Assembly: GCA_043771335.1 (NCBI GenBank) | Contig: JAYVHM010000001.1 | Location: 92,901 to 156,900, forward strand | Direction of reading: 5' to 3' | From: a bacterium | GTDB lineage: Bacteria; Patescibacteriota; Minisyncoccia; Phycocordibacterales; UBA5272 | DNA length: 64,000 nt | Shown: piece by piece, positions 20,828-33,081 of the stretch | Layout: the number at the start of each line of letters is the position of its first letter | How positions within the stretch are numbered: the first letter of the stretch is position 1 | Notes under the pieces: model-generated | Seen by the model: the letters and a program-made list of their open reading frames with translations, nothing else | The model's database searches: none | What the model was told of the DNA's origin: nothing | Position numbers and translations under genes: made by a program

Positions 20828-22273
20828 TTATTCTGTCTTTGGTTTTAGTAATGGGAACATCTGAGTCTCACGTATAGGTAACTCTGCAAGGAATGCAAAT
20901 AATCTATCTCCAAATCCAAATCCACATGTTGGTGGCATGCCATGCTCTAGCATCTCCACGAATTCAAAGTCTGGCATCATCGCCTCATCATCGCCGCCTT
21001 CTAATAACTTTTGTTGCTCTTCAAAATTACTTCTCTGCAATCTTGGATCATTGAGCTCACTGTAACCATTACCAACTTCTGCTCCAGCAAGTATAATTTG
21101 AAACTTTTCTACTGTATCTGGGTTTTCTTTTCTTCTTTTTGCTAGTGGTGATGTTATTGCTGGATGGTTAATGAGGAATGCTGGACCTGCAATACTTTTT
21201 CTACAATATTTCCAGAGAGTATCTAAAAGTCTCTCTCTATTACCTCCTTCGTATTTTACACTCAATTCTTTTAATTTGTCTTTTATGTCTTGCTCTGTGC
21301 TGTTCCAGACATCTATACTTGTAACTTTTTTTATCTCTTCTGCATAATCTATATATGTCCAATCAGAAGCAAGATCAAAAGTAAGACCGTTGTGAGTGAA
21401 CTCTGTTTTACCAAAAACTTCCGTCGCAATCTTTCTATATAATTCTTTTGTCAGATTCATCGCATCATTGTAATTAGCATAAGCCATGTAGAATTCACAA
21501 TTTGTAAATTCTTGCAAATGATTTGGAGATGAACCTTCATTTCTATATGCGCGACCAATCTCATAAGTCCTAGGGAATCCTGCAGCCATTAACCTCTTTT
21601 GCCATAACTCTCCTATGCTTATACGCATATAGACATCAAGATCAAAATCATTATGAAAAGTTTTAAATGGTCTAGCCTCCGCACCACCAGTAGTAGTCTC
21701 AATAGTCGGGGTCTCTACTTCTAAAAAGTTTTTTTCATCAAAATAATTTCTAACAACTTTCCAGAACTTTGCTTTTTTATAAAATAAATCCCTCTTATTT
21801 TCATCGAGAAGTATATCAAGATACCTCTTACGCATTTTCTCTTCTTCATCTACGAGGCCAGCGTATTTGTCTGGGAGAGGTAATAATGCTTTTGTTAATA
21901 ATTTTATGTCAGAAATAAGTAATGAATTCTCACCTTTTTTTGTAATATAATTATTGCCAGTAACCTGCACAAAGTCACCTCCATCAATATGTTTTTCAAA
22001 ATAATTAATACTCTCTTCGCTTTTTTCTCTTTCAAATACAATTTGCACGCTAGCTGTGCCATCAAATATCTTAGCAAAAGCTAAATTACCAAAACTTCTC
22101 GTCATCATAACTCTACCTACAAGAATATTCTGTTTGCTGTCGTCAATACTAAAATCAGTCAAAAAATCTTTTACAGTCTTTGTATATTTACTCTCACTTG
22201 GATATGCGTCTATGGCATTTTCTCCGGATATTTTATTTATTCTCTCTAATTTTAATTCGTCTATGCTTGCCAT
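20828..22273 (-). CDS. lysS: Lysine--tRNA ligase (class II)
   Basis: OB fold, GGAEARPF, YRNEG, NGYSELNDP, HGMPPTCG. Confidence 0.96.
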   Translation of the reverse strand: MASIDELKLERINKISGENAIDAYPSESKYTKTVKDFLTDFSIDDSKQNILVGRVMMTRSFGNLAFAKIFDGTASVQIVFEREKSEESINYFEKHIDGGDFVQVTGNNYITKKGENSLLISDIKLLTKALLPLPDKYAGLVDEEEKMRKRYLDILLDENKRDLFYKKAKFWKVVRNYFDEKNFLEVETPTIETTTGGAEARPFKTFHNDFDLDVYMRISIGELWQKRLMAAGFPRTYEIGRAYRNEGSSPNHLQEFTNCEFYMAYANYNDAMNLTKELYRKIATEVFGKTEFTHNGLTFDLASDWTYIDYAEEIKKVTSIDVWNSTEQDIKDKLKELSVKYEGGNRERLLDTLWKYCRKSIAGPAFLINHPAITSPLAKRRKENPDTVEKFQIILAGAEVGNGYSELNDPRLQRSNFEEQQKLLEGGDDEAMMPDFEFVEMLEHGMPPTCGFGFGDRLFAFLAELPIRETQMFPLLKPKTE

Positions 22274-22350
22274 ATATTTTATATTACTATTTTAATTATT
22301 GTTTAGTTTTTCTTATTTTAATAATAACATAAATAATATAATAATAAAAA

Positions 22351-23271
22351 TTACAACTCTATGTCAAAAACAATAGGCGCATGATCTGAGCCAACAATTT
22401 TCATATCAATAAAAGCAAGGCCATCTGCCACTCCAATCAAATCTTTTTCCATAGAAGCATTTTCTATTTTATCTATTATATCCTTTGAGGCGATGGCATG
22501 GTCTAGTCTAACTTTATTGCCTCTATATACATGAGAGTAATATTCTGAGTCTTCAACTTTGAAAATATCAATCATTTCATCATCTGAATCTCTTAGTCCT
22601 CTTAAGATTTTTAATCTTTTTGAATAAGAGTCAGCATTAAAATCACCAATAGCTATTACTGATTTTTTATTATTAATGTCCTCTGAGAATATTTTTCTAA
22701 CGCCGTATGATTCAGCGAGACCAATCAATTCTCCCAGAATCTCAGAGCGTGCATATTCCACGCTATTTTTAACTTCATAATCTTCACCACTTTGTATTTT
22801 GATTCTAGAGGCTATCTGAGATTTTAAGTGCACAGCATATATATTCAAATCATTAATACTGGTTTTTATATATCCTCTTTTTTGCACTAAGTATTTGTTG
22901 ATATAAGGGGTTTCATCAATTACAAAATTAGGTATCTCCAAATCTGTTAAAAATACTTCTTCATTTTTTAATTTTTCCTTAGAGAGAATAACATTTCTTA
23001 TTCCTCTCCTGTCTGGAGTTGTTTCAAAAATACAAAACTCTGGGAAAATATTCCCATACATTTTTTTAAGTAAATCAACATCTCCAATTTCATAAAAATA
23101 AGAGATGTCTGGATTTATTTCTTTTATTTTTTTGGTAAAATAATCTAATCTTTGAGCAATAAAATTTTTACTTTCTCCTATGTCTTTTACAAAGCCTTCT
23201 TTTATAAAATAATCGTAATCATAGAAATTATAAAGATTCCAAGACAAAATTTTTATGGTTTTTGTTTTCAT
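22351..23271 (-). CDS. Endonuclease/exonuclease/phosphatase family protein
   Basis: SWNLYNF, VHLKS, GDFN, LDH, SDHAP. Confidence 0.88.
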   Translation of the reverse strand: MKTKTIKILSWNLYNFYDYDYFIKEGFVKDIGESKNFIAQRLDYFTKKIKEINPDISYFYEIGDVDLLKKMYGNIFPEFCIFETTPDRRGIRNVILSKEKLKNEEVFLTDLEIPNFVIDETPYINKYLVQKRGYIKTSINDLNIYAVHLKSQIASRIKIQSGEDYEVKNSVEYARSEILGELIGLAESYGVRKIFSEDINNKKSVIAIGDFNADSYSKRLKILRGLRDSDDEMIDIFKVEDSEYYSHVYRGNKVRLDHAIASKDIIDKIENASMEKDLIGVADGLAFIDMKIVGSDHAPIVFDIEL

Positions 23272-23279
23272 TTTATTTG

Positions 23280-23353
23280 TGTCGATGGGTGGGATCGAAC
23301 CACCGACCTTAGCTTTATGAGTGCTATGCTCTAACCAACTGAGCTACATCGAC
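23280..23353 (-). tRNA. tRNA with CAT anticodon (elongator Met or Ile2)
   Basis: Cloverleaf GTCGATG...CATCGAC, D-arm GCTC/GAGC, CTCATAA loop, GTTCGA; CCA not encoded. Confidence 0.9.
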
Positions 23354-23397
23354 ATAAGGTGGTGAGCAATGCAAAGCATTACCCAGACCTATCCTTG

Positions 23398-23468
23398 TTG
23401 CGGAAACTGGAATCGAACCAGTGTCCCGAGGTTATGAGCCTCGTGAGTTACCTCTACTCTATTCCGCT
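23398..23468 (-). tRNA. Initiator tRNA-fMet (CAT)
   Basis: A1:A72 mismatch, A11:U24, anticodon arm CGAGG-CTCATAA-CCTCG, TTCGA loop. Confidence 0.88.
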
Positions 23469-23519
23469 ATGTTTTCAAGAAAATTAATACTTTTCAAGAG
23501 CTTTCATTATACCACAAAA

Positions 23520-24794
23520 TTAAATAACTTTCAAATCCTTAAACACAGTCTCATATAATACAAAAGCTTTTCTGGCTTCTCGGCTGGTTAACTGAAAACT
23601 AAGACCTTCATGAGCTATTCTATTTCTTATTTTATGTGCCTCCCAAGCAAAATCTATAGTTTTAAAATTAGCCGATTGCAACCTCTCTCCAACACCAGAC
23701 CCTAAGTATCCAATATTTTTAAGTGCTTCATCTAAGATGTTGTCAGCCTCTATAATACCAATTCTCCATAAATCAGACACTTCGTCATTCATATATTTTG
23801 AGACGATGCCCCACCTCATATCACCTTCAAATACAAGTTCCTTAACTGTAGGCTCGAATATACCAGTGGTGCTTATGGGGTTATTATTTTCATACTTTAT
23901 ATCGTGATTAATATGATTCACCTCATCGTCTTTTGTATTATATTTTATATCTGCTTTTATATTTTTAAAATTTTCTTTATGAACTGTTTTATTATGAACA
24001 TGATCAGTGTCATGATGATTAAAACCAAAAGCGTTATGAAAAAGATGATAATAATGCTCTACATCATGATTGATCTGTGCCCACCAACGTAAAAATACAT
24101 AAGTAAAAAGAAAAAACATTATAATACTTAGCATGAGAACTATACTGGCAACAAAATCTAAAAAATTATTTTGTATAGAAAACTTTAAATCTTTACTGTT
24201 AGCATTCACTAGGGTCTGTGATTTTAATTTTGAGCTCTCTCTGTAATTAACTTTTACATTATCATCAACAGCGTCAGAAAGTCCATCATTGTCTGTATCT
24301 TTTAAGTGTGGATTAGAACCTATATAAGCCTCAAATCTGTCGCCTATGCCGTCTCCATCAGAATCTATATCATTCTCTAAAACACTACGACTACTATCTG
24401 TAGGGTAAGCATCACGACCGTCTAATACACCATCCTTGTCTTGATCTGCATTAACAGCATTCAACCCTTTGTATATTTCTTCTCCATCATAAATACCATC
24501 TTCATCTGTATCTGTGCTGTTTATATTCGTACCATGTTTTAACTCATAACTGTCTGGCACACCATCTGAATCAGTGTCAGTTGGTGATAGACCAAAAAAT
24601 TCTTTTACCTTATCAGAAAAGCTATAATCAGAACCAAAAACCTCCCTTGTCTCTGCATCTGTAAAGTTATTAAAATCTTTTGGCTTAGCGTCAAAAATAT
24701 CAAAGATACTATCTCCGTCAGAATCTTTTTTTGTATTAACACCTAAGCTAGACAAAAAATCATTTATATATTTTGTATAATCTATATTATCCAC
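23520..24794 (-). CDS. DxDxDG-repeat / TM / HEPN-like fusion protein
   Basis: Multiple DxDxDG repeats, one TM, His-rich linker, C-terminal EAD...RNRIAH; GTG start 6 nt after TGTTATAAT. Confidence 0.7.
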   Translation of the reverse strand: MDNIDYTKYINDFLSSLGVNTKKDSDGDSIFDIFDAKPKDFNNFTDAETREVFGSDYSFSDKVKEFFGLSPTDTDSDGVPDSYELKHGTNINSTDTDEDGIYDGEEIYKGLNAVNADQDKDGVLDGRDAYPTDSSRSVLENDIDSDGDGIGDRFEAYIGSNPHLKDTDNDGLSDAVDDNVKVNYRESSKLKSQTLVNANSKDLKFSIQNNFLDFVASIVLMLSIIMFFLFTYVFLRWWAQINHDVEHYYHLFHNAFGFNHHDTDHVHNKTVHKENFKNIKADIKYNTKDDEVNHINHDIKYENNNPISTTGIFEPTVKELVFEGDMRWGIVSKYMNDEVSDLWRIGIIEADNILDEALKNIGYLGSGVGERLQSANFKTIDFAWEAHKIRNRIAHEGLSFQLTSREARKAFVLYETVFKDLKVI

Positions 24795-24801
24795 TAATAC
24801 A

Positions 24802-26220
24802 TTATAACAGTTGTATGTCTTTTCCGACACTTAGTAGTTCACACTCTTGATACCAATTACCTAGAAATTGTATACCAAAACTAAGACCATCTTCTGACTT
24901 GCCTGATGGCACAGATATACCAGGAACCCCTACTATATTAGCTGGAACAGTGAATATGTCCGCCAAATACATAGAAATAGGGTCTGATTTTTCTCCGAAT
25001 CTCCAAGGAAGTATTGGGGAGGTTGGTGTTGCTACAAAATCAACATCCTTGAAAACTTTTTCAAATTCTTTTTTCAGTTGAGTTCTGGCTTGTAGAGCTT
25101 TATAATAATAAGCATCATAATAACCACTAGACAGCACATAAGTGCCGAGCAAAGATCTTCTTATTGGCTCTACTCCGAGTCCTGCACTTCTACTCTCTAC
25201 CATGTTTTCATTTGGTGTTCCAACTATTACACTTTTACCATAACGCACACCATCAAAACGGGCGAGGTTAGAGCTAACTTCTGCAAACATTAATATATAA
25301 TATACAGACAGAGCCTTTTCAATATTTTTTATTTCTATGTCTTTTGTAGCATATCCTTTTTCTTCTAATTTTTTTATAGTCTCATAAAAATTCTCTCTAA
25401 CTTTTATATCTACTCCATCACTATCTATAAATGATCTAGGGACCCCTATTACTTTTCCACTTTTTTGATTGTTTTTATTTCTAATAATTTCTTTTTCTGA
25501 TTCTTCTAATGTGGTAGCATCGTGAGCATCTTTTCCATTTATTATATTGTAAACTATTTCTACATCTTCAACGCTTTGTGCCATAGGACCCACAACATCA
25601 AGCGAAGACCCCATAGCTATCAATCCGTAACGCGAGACATCACCATAAGTTGGTTTGAGGCCTGCAACTCCACAAAAACTAGCTGGCTGCCTTATACTTC
25701 CTCCTGTATCTGTTCCTATGGATACTGGTACGCCACCATAAGCAACTACTGCAGCTGAACCTCCTGATGAACCTCCTGGAACATGATTAATGTCTAATGG
25801 GTTCATAGTTTTTTTATAAGCACTATTTTCTGTGCTGCCCCCCATTGCAAATTCGTCCATGTTCGCACGTCCGACAAGTATGGCACCTGCATCTATTAAC
25901 TTTTGCACCACTGTACTGTTGTATGTAGCTACATAGTTCTCTAACATCTTAGAACCAGCACTAGTGACTTGGCCCTTTACACACAGATTATCTTTTATTA
26001 CTATTGGCACACCGGTAATTTTTGTATAGTTACCATTAGCAAACATCTCTTCTGCTTTTTTTACTTGCTCTACAATAAATGCATTGTCATATACTTCTAA
26101 TAGAGAGTTTATTCTAGACTCATTCTCTGTTATATTTTTTAGATAGAAATCTACAACTTCTCTTATTGTAGTTTTTTTATCTAATAGATTTTGATGTATT
26201 TCTAGTATTTTTGATTTCAT
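24802..26220 (-). CDS. gatA: Asp/Glu-tRNA amidotransferase subunit A
   Basis: IKDN, GGSSGGSAA, GTDTGGSIRQPA amidase signature. Confidence 0.96.
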   Translation of the reverse strand: MKSKILEIHQNLLDKKTTIREVVDFYLKNITENESRINSLLEVYDNAFIVEQVKKAEEMFANGNYTKITGVPIVIKDNLCVKGQVTSAGSKMLENYVATYNSTVVQKLIDAGAILVGRANMDEFAMGGSTENSAYKKTMNPLDINHVPGGSSGGSAAVVAYGGVPVSIGTDTGGSIRQPASFCGVAGLKPTYGDVSRYGLIAMGSSLDVVGPMAQSVEDVEIVYNIINGKDAHDATTLEESEKEIIRNKNNQKSGKVIGVPRSFIDSDGVDIKVRENFYETIKKLEEKGYATKDIEIKNIEKALSVYYILMFAEVSSNLARFDGVRYGKSVIVGTPNENMVESRSAGLGVEPIRRSLLGTYVLSSGYYDAYYYKALQARTQLKKEFEKVFKDVDFVATPTSPILPWRFGEKSDPISMYLADIFTVPANIVGVPGISVPSGKSEDGLSFGIQFLGNWYQECELLSVGKDIQLL

Positions 26221-26229
26221 ATTTTTAAT

Positions 26230-26526
26230 TTATTGTTTTATAACTTGAGCTACTTTGTAGAGATTACCTATACTGTCTGGTGCATTTTTAAGTGCGCGTG
26301 ATATATGGGAATCATCTTGATTTACAACATCCTCTCTAAAATTATTAACATGCTCTTCACGCCCATCAGTATAATCACCGAGATCAAGAGTTTGTATCTC
26401 TTGTATATAACCTAAAATACCAGATATCTCTTTTTGATATTTTTCTACTTGACCTTCTGGGATTTTGACTTTGGCTAGACCTTCGAGATACTTTATTGTT
26501 TCTGTTGTGATTTCTACTTTACTCAT
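26230..26526 (-). CDS. gatC: Asp/Glu-tRNA amidotransferase subunit C
   Basis: LAK, ILGY, FREDV, NAP pattern; directly upstream of gatA. Confidence 0.85.
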   Translation of the reverse strand: MSKVEITTETIKYLEGLAKVKIPEGQVEKYQKEISGILGYIQEIQTLDLGDYTDGREEHVNNFREDVVNQDDSHISRALKNAPDSIGNLYKVAQVIKQ

Positions 26527-26580
26527 ATTTTTAAGTTATTATTAATTATTATTTATCTATTTTTTATTATAACATAGATT

Positions 26581-28686
<2,106 letters not shown>

Positions 28687-28727
28687 TTATTTTATAAAGC
28701 TTATTCTCAGAATATTTTTATATAAAA

Positions 28728-29489
28728 TTACTGTAAATACCTAACTAAAAGTCTTTTAGTAACATACTTTCCAGTGCAAGGCACAGAAGATTCTGAAACT
28801 ATTAACTTTTTATATATATTAGATTCTAAAACAGAATATACTTTTATGTCTAAGCAGGAGCTCTTTAAATACTTTTGAAAAAAAGATAAGTTATTAGCAG
28901 CATCCAAATCCGAAACATCTTTTGCTATTTTTATCTGTGTGACTACTCCGTTATTCGCTGGCACAGCTGAATAATATCCCGCTGGTGCCGTGCTGTCATT
29001 TGCAGTGACTTTTGTAAATGAGCCGTCAGAATCTACTGCTCCAGTGGTATTATTTAATATTTTATAACCAAAACATTTTACTTGATCTATGTTAAAGAAT
29101 TTGTTCTTGTTATCGGTATTGGTAATAGTATAATCTTTTGATGAGTACCCAGCTGAAGGACTTGAATCATTTTGGTCTTTTGCTACTTGATAAGTATAAG
29201 CAGTAGATGTTGGAAATAATCCAGTTACATTGTTACCTTCTAAATCAAAATATCTAATACTGTCTTCGTGACCACTGATACATTCAAGACCTGACTCTGC
29301 CAAATTATAAGCTATAGAGTTCAAAGTATTAGAAGCTGAATTCTTGATATCTCTTATTAATAATGTGCTAATAGAGATAGAAATAAGTAATGTTGCTGCT
29401 ACAATAATCAAAGCAAGGCCCAAAGTAAAACCTCGAATCTGTAAAAAGTTTTTGTATTTTCTATTAATTTGTTTGAATATTTTTTGCAT
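28728..29489 (-). CDS. Minor pilin, PilX/GspK-like
   Basis: RG|FTLGLAL class III signal lacking Glu5; AYNLAESGLEC. Confidence 0.7.
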   Translation of the reverse strand: MQKIFKQINRKYKNFLQIRGFTLGLALIIVAATLLISISISTLLIRDIKNSASNTLNSIAYNLAESGLECISGHEDSIRYFDLEGNNVTGLFPTSTAYTYQVAKDQNDSSPSAGYSSKDYTITNTDNKNKFFNIDQVKCFGYKILNNTTGAVDSDGSFTKVTANDSTAPAGYYSAVPANNGVVTQIKIAKDVSDLDAANNLSFFQKYLKSSCLDIKVYSVLESNIYKKLIVSESSVPCTGKYVTKRLLVRYLQ

Positions 29490-29507
29490 AGTTTATTATT
29501 TTTATTA

Positions 29508-30173
29508 CTATCTGTATATATAATACACCAAAGTAACAGCATTAGCATCACCTGTGGCACAAGCATTTTTATTTATACATACAACTGATGTTAGACGTAT
29601 AACATTATCAATTACTTCCGTTGCTGTGGTCGGAGAAAGTAAAGTTATTTGATCTAGATTATCTATATACAATCTCCTGCTAAAGGCGGTAGGTTTTGAG
29701 GTTGATGTCTGGTCACATTTGACTATGTCATCTGGCTCTTCATATATTTTACAGCTAGATTTTTTGGTGAAAATAGGGGCTAGGCTAGTATTAGAATAAT
29801 CAAAACTAGTATCATCCAAATAACATGGGGTTCCCGGTAATGGATAAGATACGCAATCAATAGAAATATCATTTACTTTTTTGACAAAGAGATCAAAACC
29901 TTCAAAATTACCATCACATTCTGACGGACTGTTAAAGCAGAATATATCCAAAGATTTTTTATAATTAATCATCAACTCTATCTGCTCCTCAGCAAGTGAA
30001 GTAGCTGTTATTTTATTTAAAGCAAATTTTGTATATTTTGCAGATTGAGACAATAATGTTAAGGGAGCCATAATAGATATTATAATTACACTCATGGCCA
30101 TCAATGACTCTACAAAGGCTATACCCTTAATTCTTTTTGATACTATTCTTTTTTTGTTTATATAGTTTTTCAT
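29508..30173 (-). CDS. Minor pilin (PilV-like)
   Basis: KG|IAFVESLMA class III signal; LAEEQIE. Confidence 0.75.
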   Translation of the reverse strand: MKNYINKKRIVSKRIKGIAFVESLMAMSVIIISIMAPLTLLSQSAKYTKFALNKITATSLAEEQIELMINYKKSLDIFCFNSPSECDGNFEGFDLFVKKVNDISIDCVSYPLPGTPCYLDDTSFDYSNTSLAPIFTKKSSCKIYEEPDDIVKCDQTSTSKPTAFSRRLYIDNLDQITLLSPTTATEVIDNVIRLTSVVCINKNACATGDANAVTLVYYIYR

Positions 30174-30181
30174 ATTTTTAA

Positions 30182-30805
30182 TTAATTTGCTACTGGTCTT
30201 TGAGATATTAGACTCTCTATAGAAAAACTGGTAGATGGAAGATTTTTTGATTTTCCTTTTACTATTATCTTCATCATTGGTTGCTGTATATTACCTGTAG
30301 AAAAATTATCAGTGCCTATTAATACGAACTTAAGCTTTGTTATTTCTATGTCGTCAGAAGTTATGCTTTGAGGTAGTGTGGGGTCAGAGTATTTTTTTAT
30401 ATTACCATTCTCTAGATAATATCCAACTCTACTCGAGCTGTTGCTGTTACCTACATTAAGATAATCAAAAGAGAGACAACTATTAGTCAAGTTAGCGCCA
30501 GGGGCAGTGCTACAAACATCGCCAGTTCCTTCGAGTGTAGAATAATACAGATTTTCAAAATTAGTTCCCTGTTTTAAATCTGAGCTAATAATATCCATAG
30601 ATAAGTATACATTCTCATATATTTTCTTAGTAACTTTTAATTTGTTGTTAAATTCTTGCAGAGAGAACAAAGCAGTAACGGCAACAAACGTCACAAAAGT
30701 AAAAAGAGTTACTGCGACTAGTGTCTCTATCAAAGTAAAACCATTGACAGCAAGGACTTTCATTTTAGAGTTTTTTATTTTTAAAAGATTTTTAATAGTA
30801 TACAT
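30182..30805 (-). CDS. Minor pilin (PilW-like)
   Basis: NG|FTLIETLVA class III signal. Confidence 0.8.
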   Translation of the reverse strand: MYTIKNLLKIKNSKMKVLAVNGFTLIETLVAVTLFTFVTFVAVTALFSLQEFNNKLKVTKKIYENVYLSMDIISSDLKQGTNFENLYYSTLEGTGDVCSTAPGANLTNSCLSFDYLNVGNSNSSSRVGYYLENGNIKKYSDPTLPQSITSDDIEITKLKFVLIGTDNFSTGNIQQPMMKIIVKGKSKNLPSTSFSIESLISQRPVAN

Positions 30806-30816
30806 ATATTTTAAGA

Positions 30817-31479
30817 TTATGGTTGAAATGAACATTCTCCTGATTTTGTTTCTACTTGACCATAATTATAAATTACAATACATTTTTTGTAATAATTACC
30901 TGGCCCTGTCTGCAATAATTCTATATAACCTTTGTCAAAAAAATTATATATACCAGACCCTAAAAAAGTCTCTGAGTAATCAGTCATATTCGCAGCGATA
31001 GAAGGTCTAACAAAAGTAACAGAAAAATTATTTACGCCATTAACTCCACATTTTTTTGATGAAGAAGTATTTTTAACACAAATATCTGAAACTTTTACGT
31101 TATTTTGTACTGTATTTATTTTAGAGATAAGATCTGAAGGGTCAGTACTAGTCGAAAAAACTCTATCACTTTTCAATGTACCTAGATAATCCAAGGTTGA
31201 GGTCGCATCCAAAAACTCTGTAAAAGTTATTCCATTTCTAGAGAAAAAAACTCCATCTCCAGAATAACTTCCTCCACGAGATGAGCCGCTTATCTGGGCT
31301 GATTTTACAATTGATACTATCTCCTGAGCAGCATTACTAAATGCTAACGCCTGAGTTAGTTTTGGATAATTATAAAAAGAAATACTCATCATAATCCCAA
31401 AAATAACCACATTAACCATTACCTCTATCAAAGTAAAACCTTGATTTTTAAACTTTTTATTTTTAACGAATAATTTCAT
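30817..31479 (-). CDS. Minor pilin (FimT/FimU-like)
   Basis: QG|FTLIEVMV class III signal. Confidence 0.8.
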   Translation of the reverse strand: MKLFVKNKKFKNQGFTLIEVMVNVVIFGIMMSISFYNYPKLTQALAFSNAAQEIVSIVKSAQISGSSRGGSYSGDGVFFSRNGITFTEFLDATSTLDYLGTLKSDRVFSTSTDPSDLISKINTVQNNVKVSDICVKNTSSSKKCGVNGVNNFSVTFVRPSIAANMTDYSETFLGSGIYNFFDKGYIELLQTGPGNYYKKCIVIYNYGQVETKSGECSFQP

Positions 31480-32242
31480 ATAGACTTAGTATGTCTGACT
31501 TGGTATATAAGACAAACACAGCAGCAATTATTATAAAAGGAGTAAAGGGTATTTCGCTCTTAAGTCCATACTCTTTTTTGTGAGTCAAAATGAGAACAAG
31601 AGACACGAAAGCTCCGAGCCATATAGAGTAGAAAAAAGTAGTAACACCCATAGGTAGACCAAGAATAAAACCAAAAGCAATATATAACATCACATCTCCG
31701 AATCCAACCCATTTACCTTTTGAAAAGAAATACATAAGAGCAAAAGGTGCCGCTACTATTAATCCAGATATAGCATCTAGAAAAACAAAACCGTTCTGGA
31801 CTTGTCTATATGCAGTAAACACTACACCGATAGCTATAAGGATAGACGCCATCTCAAAAGGCACAATAGTGTGTCTCAAATCATAAATCATAATAGACAT
31901 AGAGATACATATAATCACAGACCAGATAACAAAAATAGACAACTGTTCATAAAAGTTATTAGTATAAGATAAGACTACACTAGCGAGCGCTGCTATTAAT
32001 AGACCAGAGACTATCTCACTCCAGAGATAAACCTGAGATAGTCTAGTCTTGCAGAACTTACATTTTCCTTTTTGATATAAATAGGATAATATTGGAAATA
32101 ACTCTTTCCATGATAATTTTTTAGAGCAAGTAAGACACTCACTCCTACCTCCCCATATAGATTTGACTCTAAGTCTGTCAGCTACAAGATTCGAAAAGCT
32201 TCCCAGCGCTGCCCCATAAATAAATGCAAATAATGTTATCAT
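31463..32242 (-). CDS. pilD: Prepilin peptidase
   Basis: GSF, CxxC x2, catalytic Asp motifs YDLRH and GFGDV, IPFTPF. Confidence 0.92.
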   Translation of the reverse strand: MITLFAFIYGAALGSFSNLVADRLRVKSIWGGRSECLTCSKKLSWKELFPILSYLYQKGKCKFCKTRLSQVYLWSEIVSGLLIAALASVVLSYTNNFYEQLSIFVIWSVIICISMSIMIYDLRHTIVPFEMASILIAIGVVFTAYRQVQNGFVFLDAISGLIVAAPFALMYFFSKGKWVGFGDVMLYIAFGFILGLPMGVTTFFYSIWLGAFVSLVLILTHKKEYGLKSEIPFTPFIIIAAVFVLYTKSDILSLYEIIR

Positions 32243-32282
32243 AATATATATTTCTTATTTTAATTTTAACACAAAAAAGACA

Positions 32283-32317
32283 AAGAAAAACTGCAGTTAT
32301 GCACTGCAGTTTTTCTT
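32283..32317 (-). terminator. Terminator after major pilin
   Basis: aagaaaaactgcagt-tatgc-actgcagtttttctt. Confidence 0.8.
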
Positions 32318-32335
32318 ATTAAAGAGAATTCTATA

Positions 32336-32971
32336 TTATGGAACTAAATCAAATACACAATCCGCCGAAGTACTAGCATTTACTTTATTAACACAAGCTT
32401 CTGATACTCCTAATCTAGGTTTTCCTGCACCATTAAAGTCTGAGTTTACATATGTATATGTAGAACTGGCAACTAATGTATTAATGTTTACAGTCGGTCC
32501 TGTTGTTAAGGTAACAGTTGGTGTGGTAGTAGAAAGGTCAGCATCGAGGCGAAGTGCAGCATTGTCAACTTCTAGTTCTGACCAAAGCTGATAAGCTGCA
32601 CAAGTGTTAGAGTAAACAACACTAGCAACAACTGCTGGCTGATAAGTGTTACACTCAAGACCTGCATAAAAATAAACCTGGTTAGCTACGTCTGTGAATC
32701 CATTAGGTAGACGATTACCTGTAGCTGATGCCCAGGTACGAAGAGTTGCTTCGTCAGCAGGATAACGTAAACTAGTATCTATACCAGTTGTAGTTAAGAA
32801 TGTCTGCATACCTCTTAATTCTGTCATTTTTTTTGCGTCACGAGCCTTTGCGAGAGCTTGAATAAAGTTAGGTAAAACTATAACCGCTAAGATACCGATA
32901 ATAGCAATTACGATTACGAGTTCTAGTAATGTAAAACCTCTTGCTTTTTTAAATAATTTAAATAATTTCAT
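32336..32971 (-). CDS. Type IV pilin, probable major pilin
   Basis: RG|FTLLELVIVIAIIGILA, KARD; own -10 box and terminator. Confidence 0.88.
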   Translation of the reverse strand: MKLFKLFKKARGFTLLELVIVIAIIGILAVIVLPNFIQALAKARDAKKMTELRGMQTFLTTTGIDTSLRYPADEATLRTWASATGNRLPNGFTDVANQVYFYAGLECNTYQPAVVASVVYSNTCAAYQLWSELEVDNAALRLDADLSTTTPTVTLTTGPTVNINTLVASSTYTYVNSDFNGAGKPRLGVSEACVNKVNASTSADCVFDLVP

Positions 32972-33048
32972 TTGATTTGATTTTTAATACAAATAATATA
33001 AACTTGTATAAGTATATTATACTCTTAATTAATGCTTACTAATGGCAC

Positions 33049-33057
33049 TTATCCACA
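33049..33057 (+). promoter_or_regulatory. DnaA box upstream of pilin promoter
   Basis: Perfect TTATCCACA in intergenic DNA. Confidence 0.5.
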
Positions 33058-33081
33058 AAAGACAAAAGACGTATATTATTG

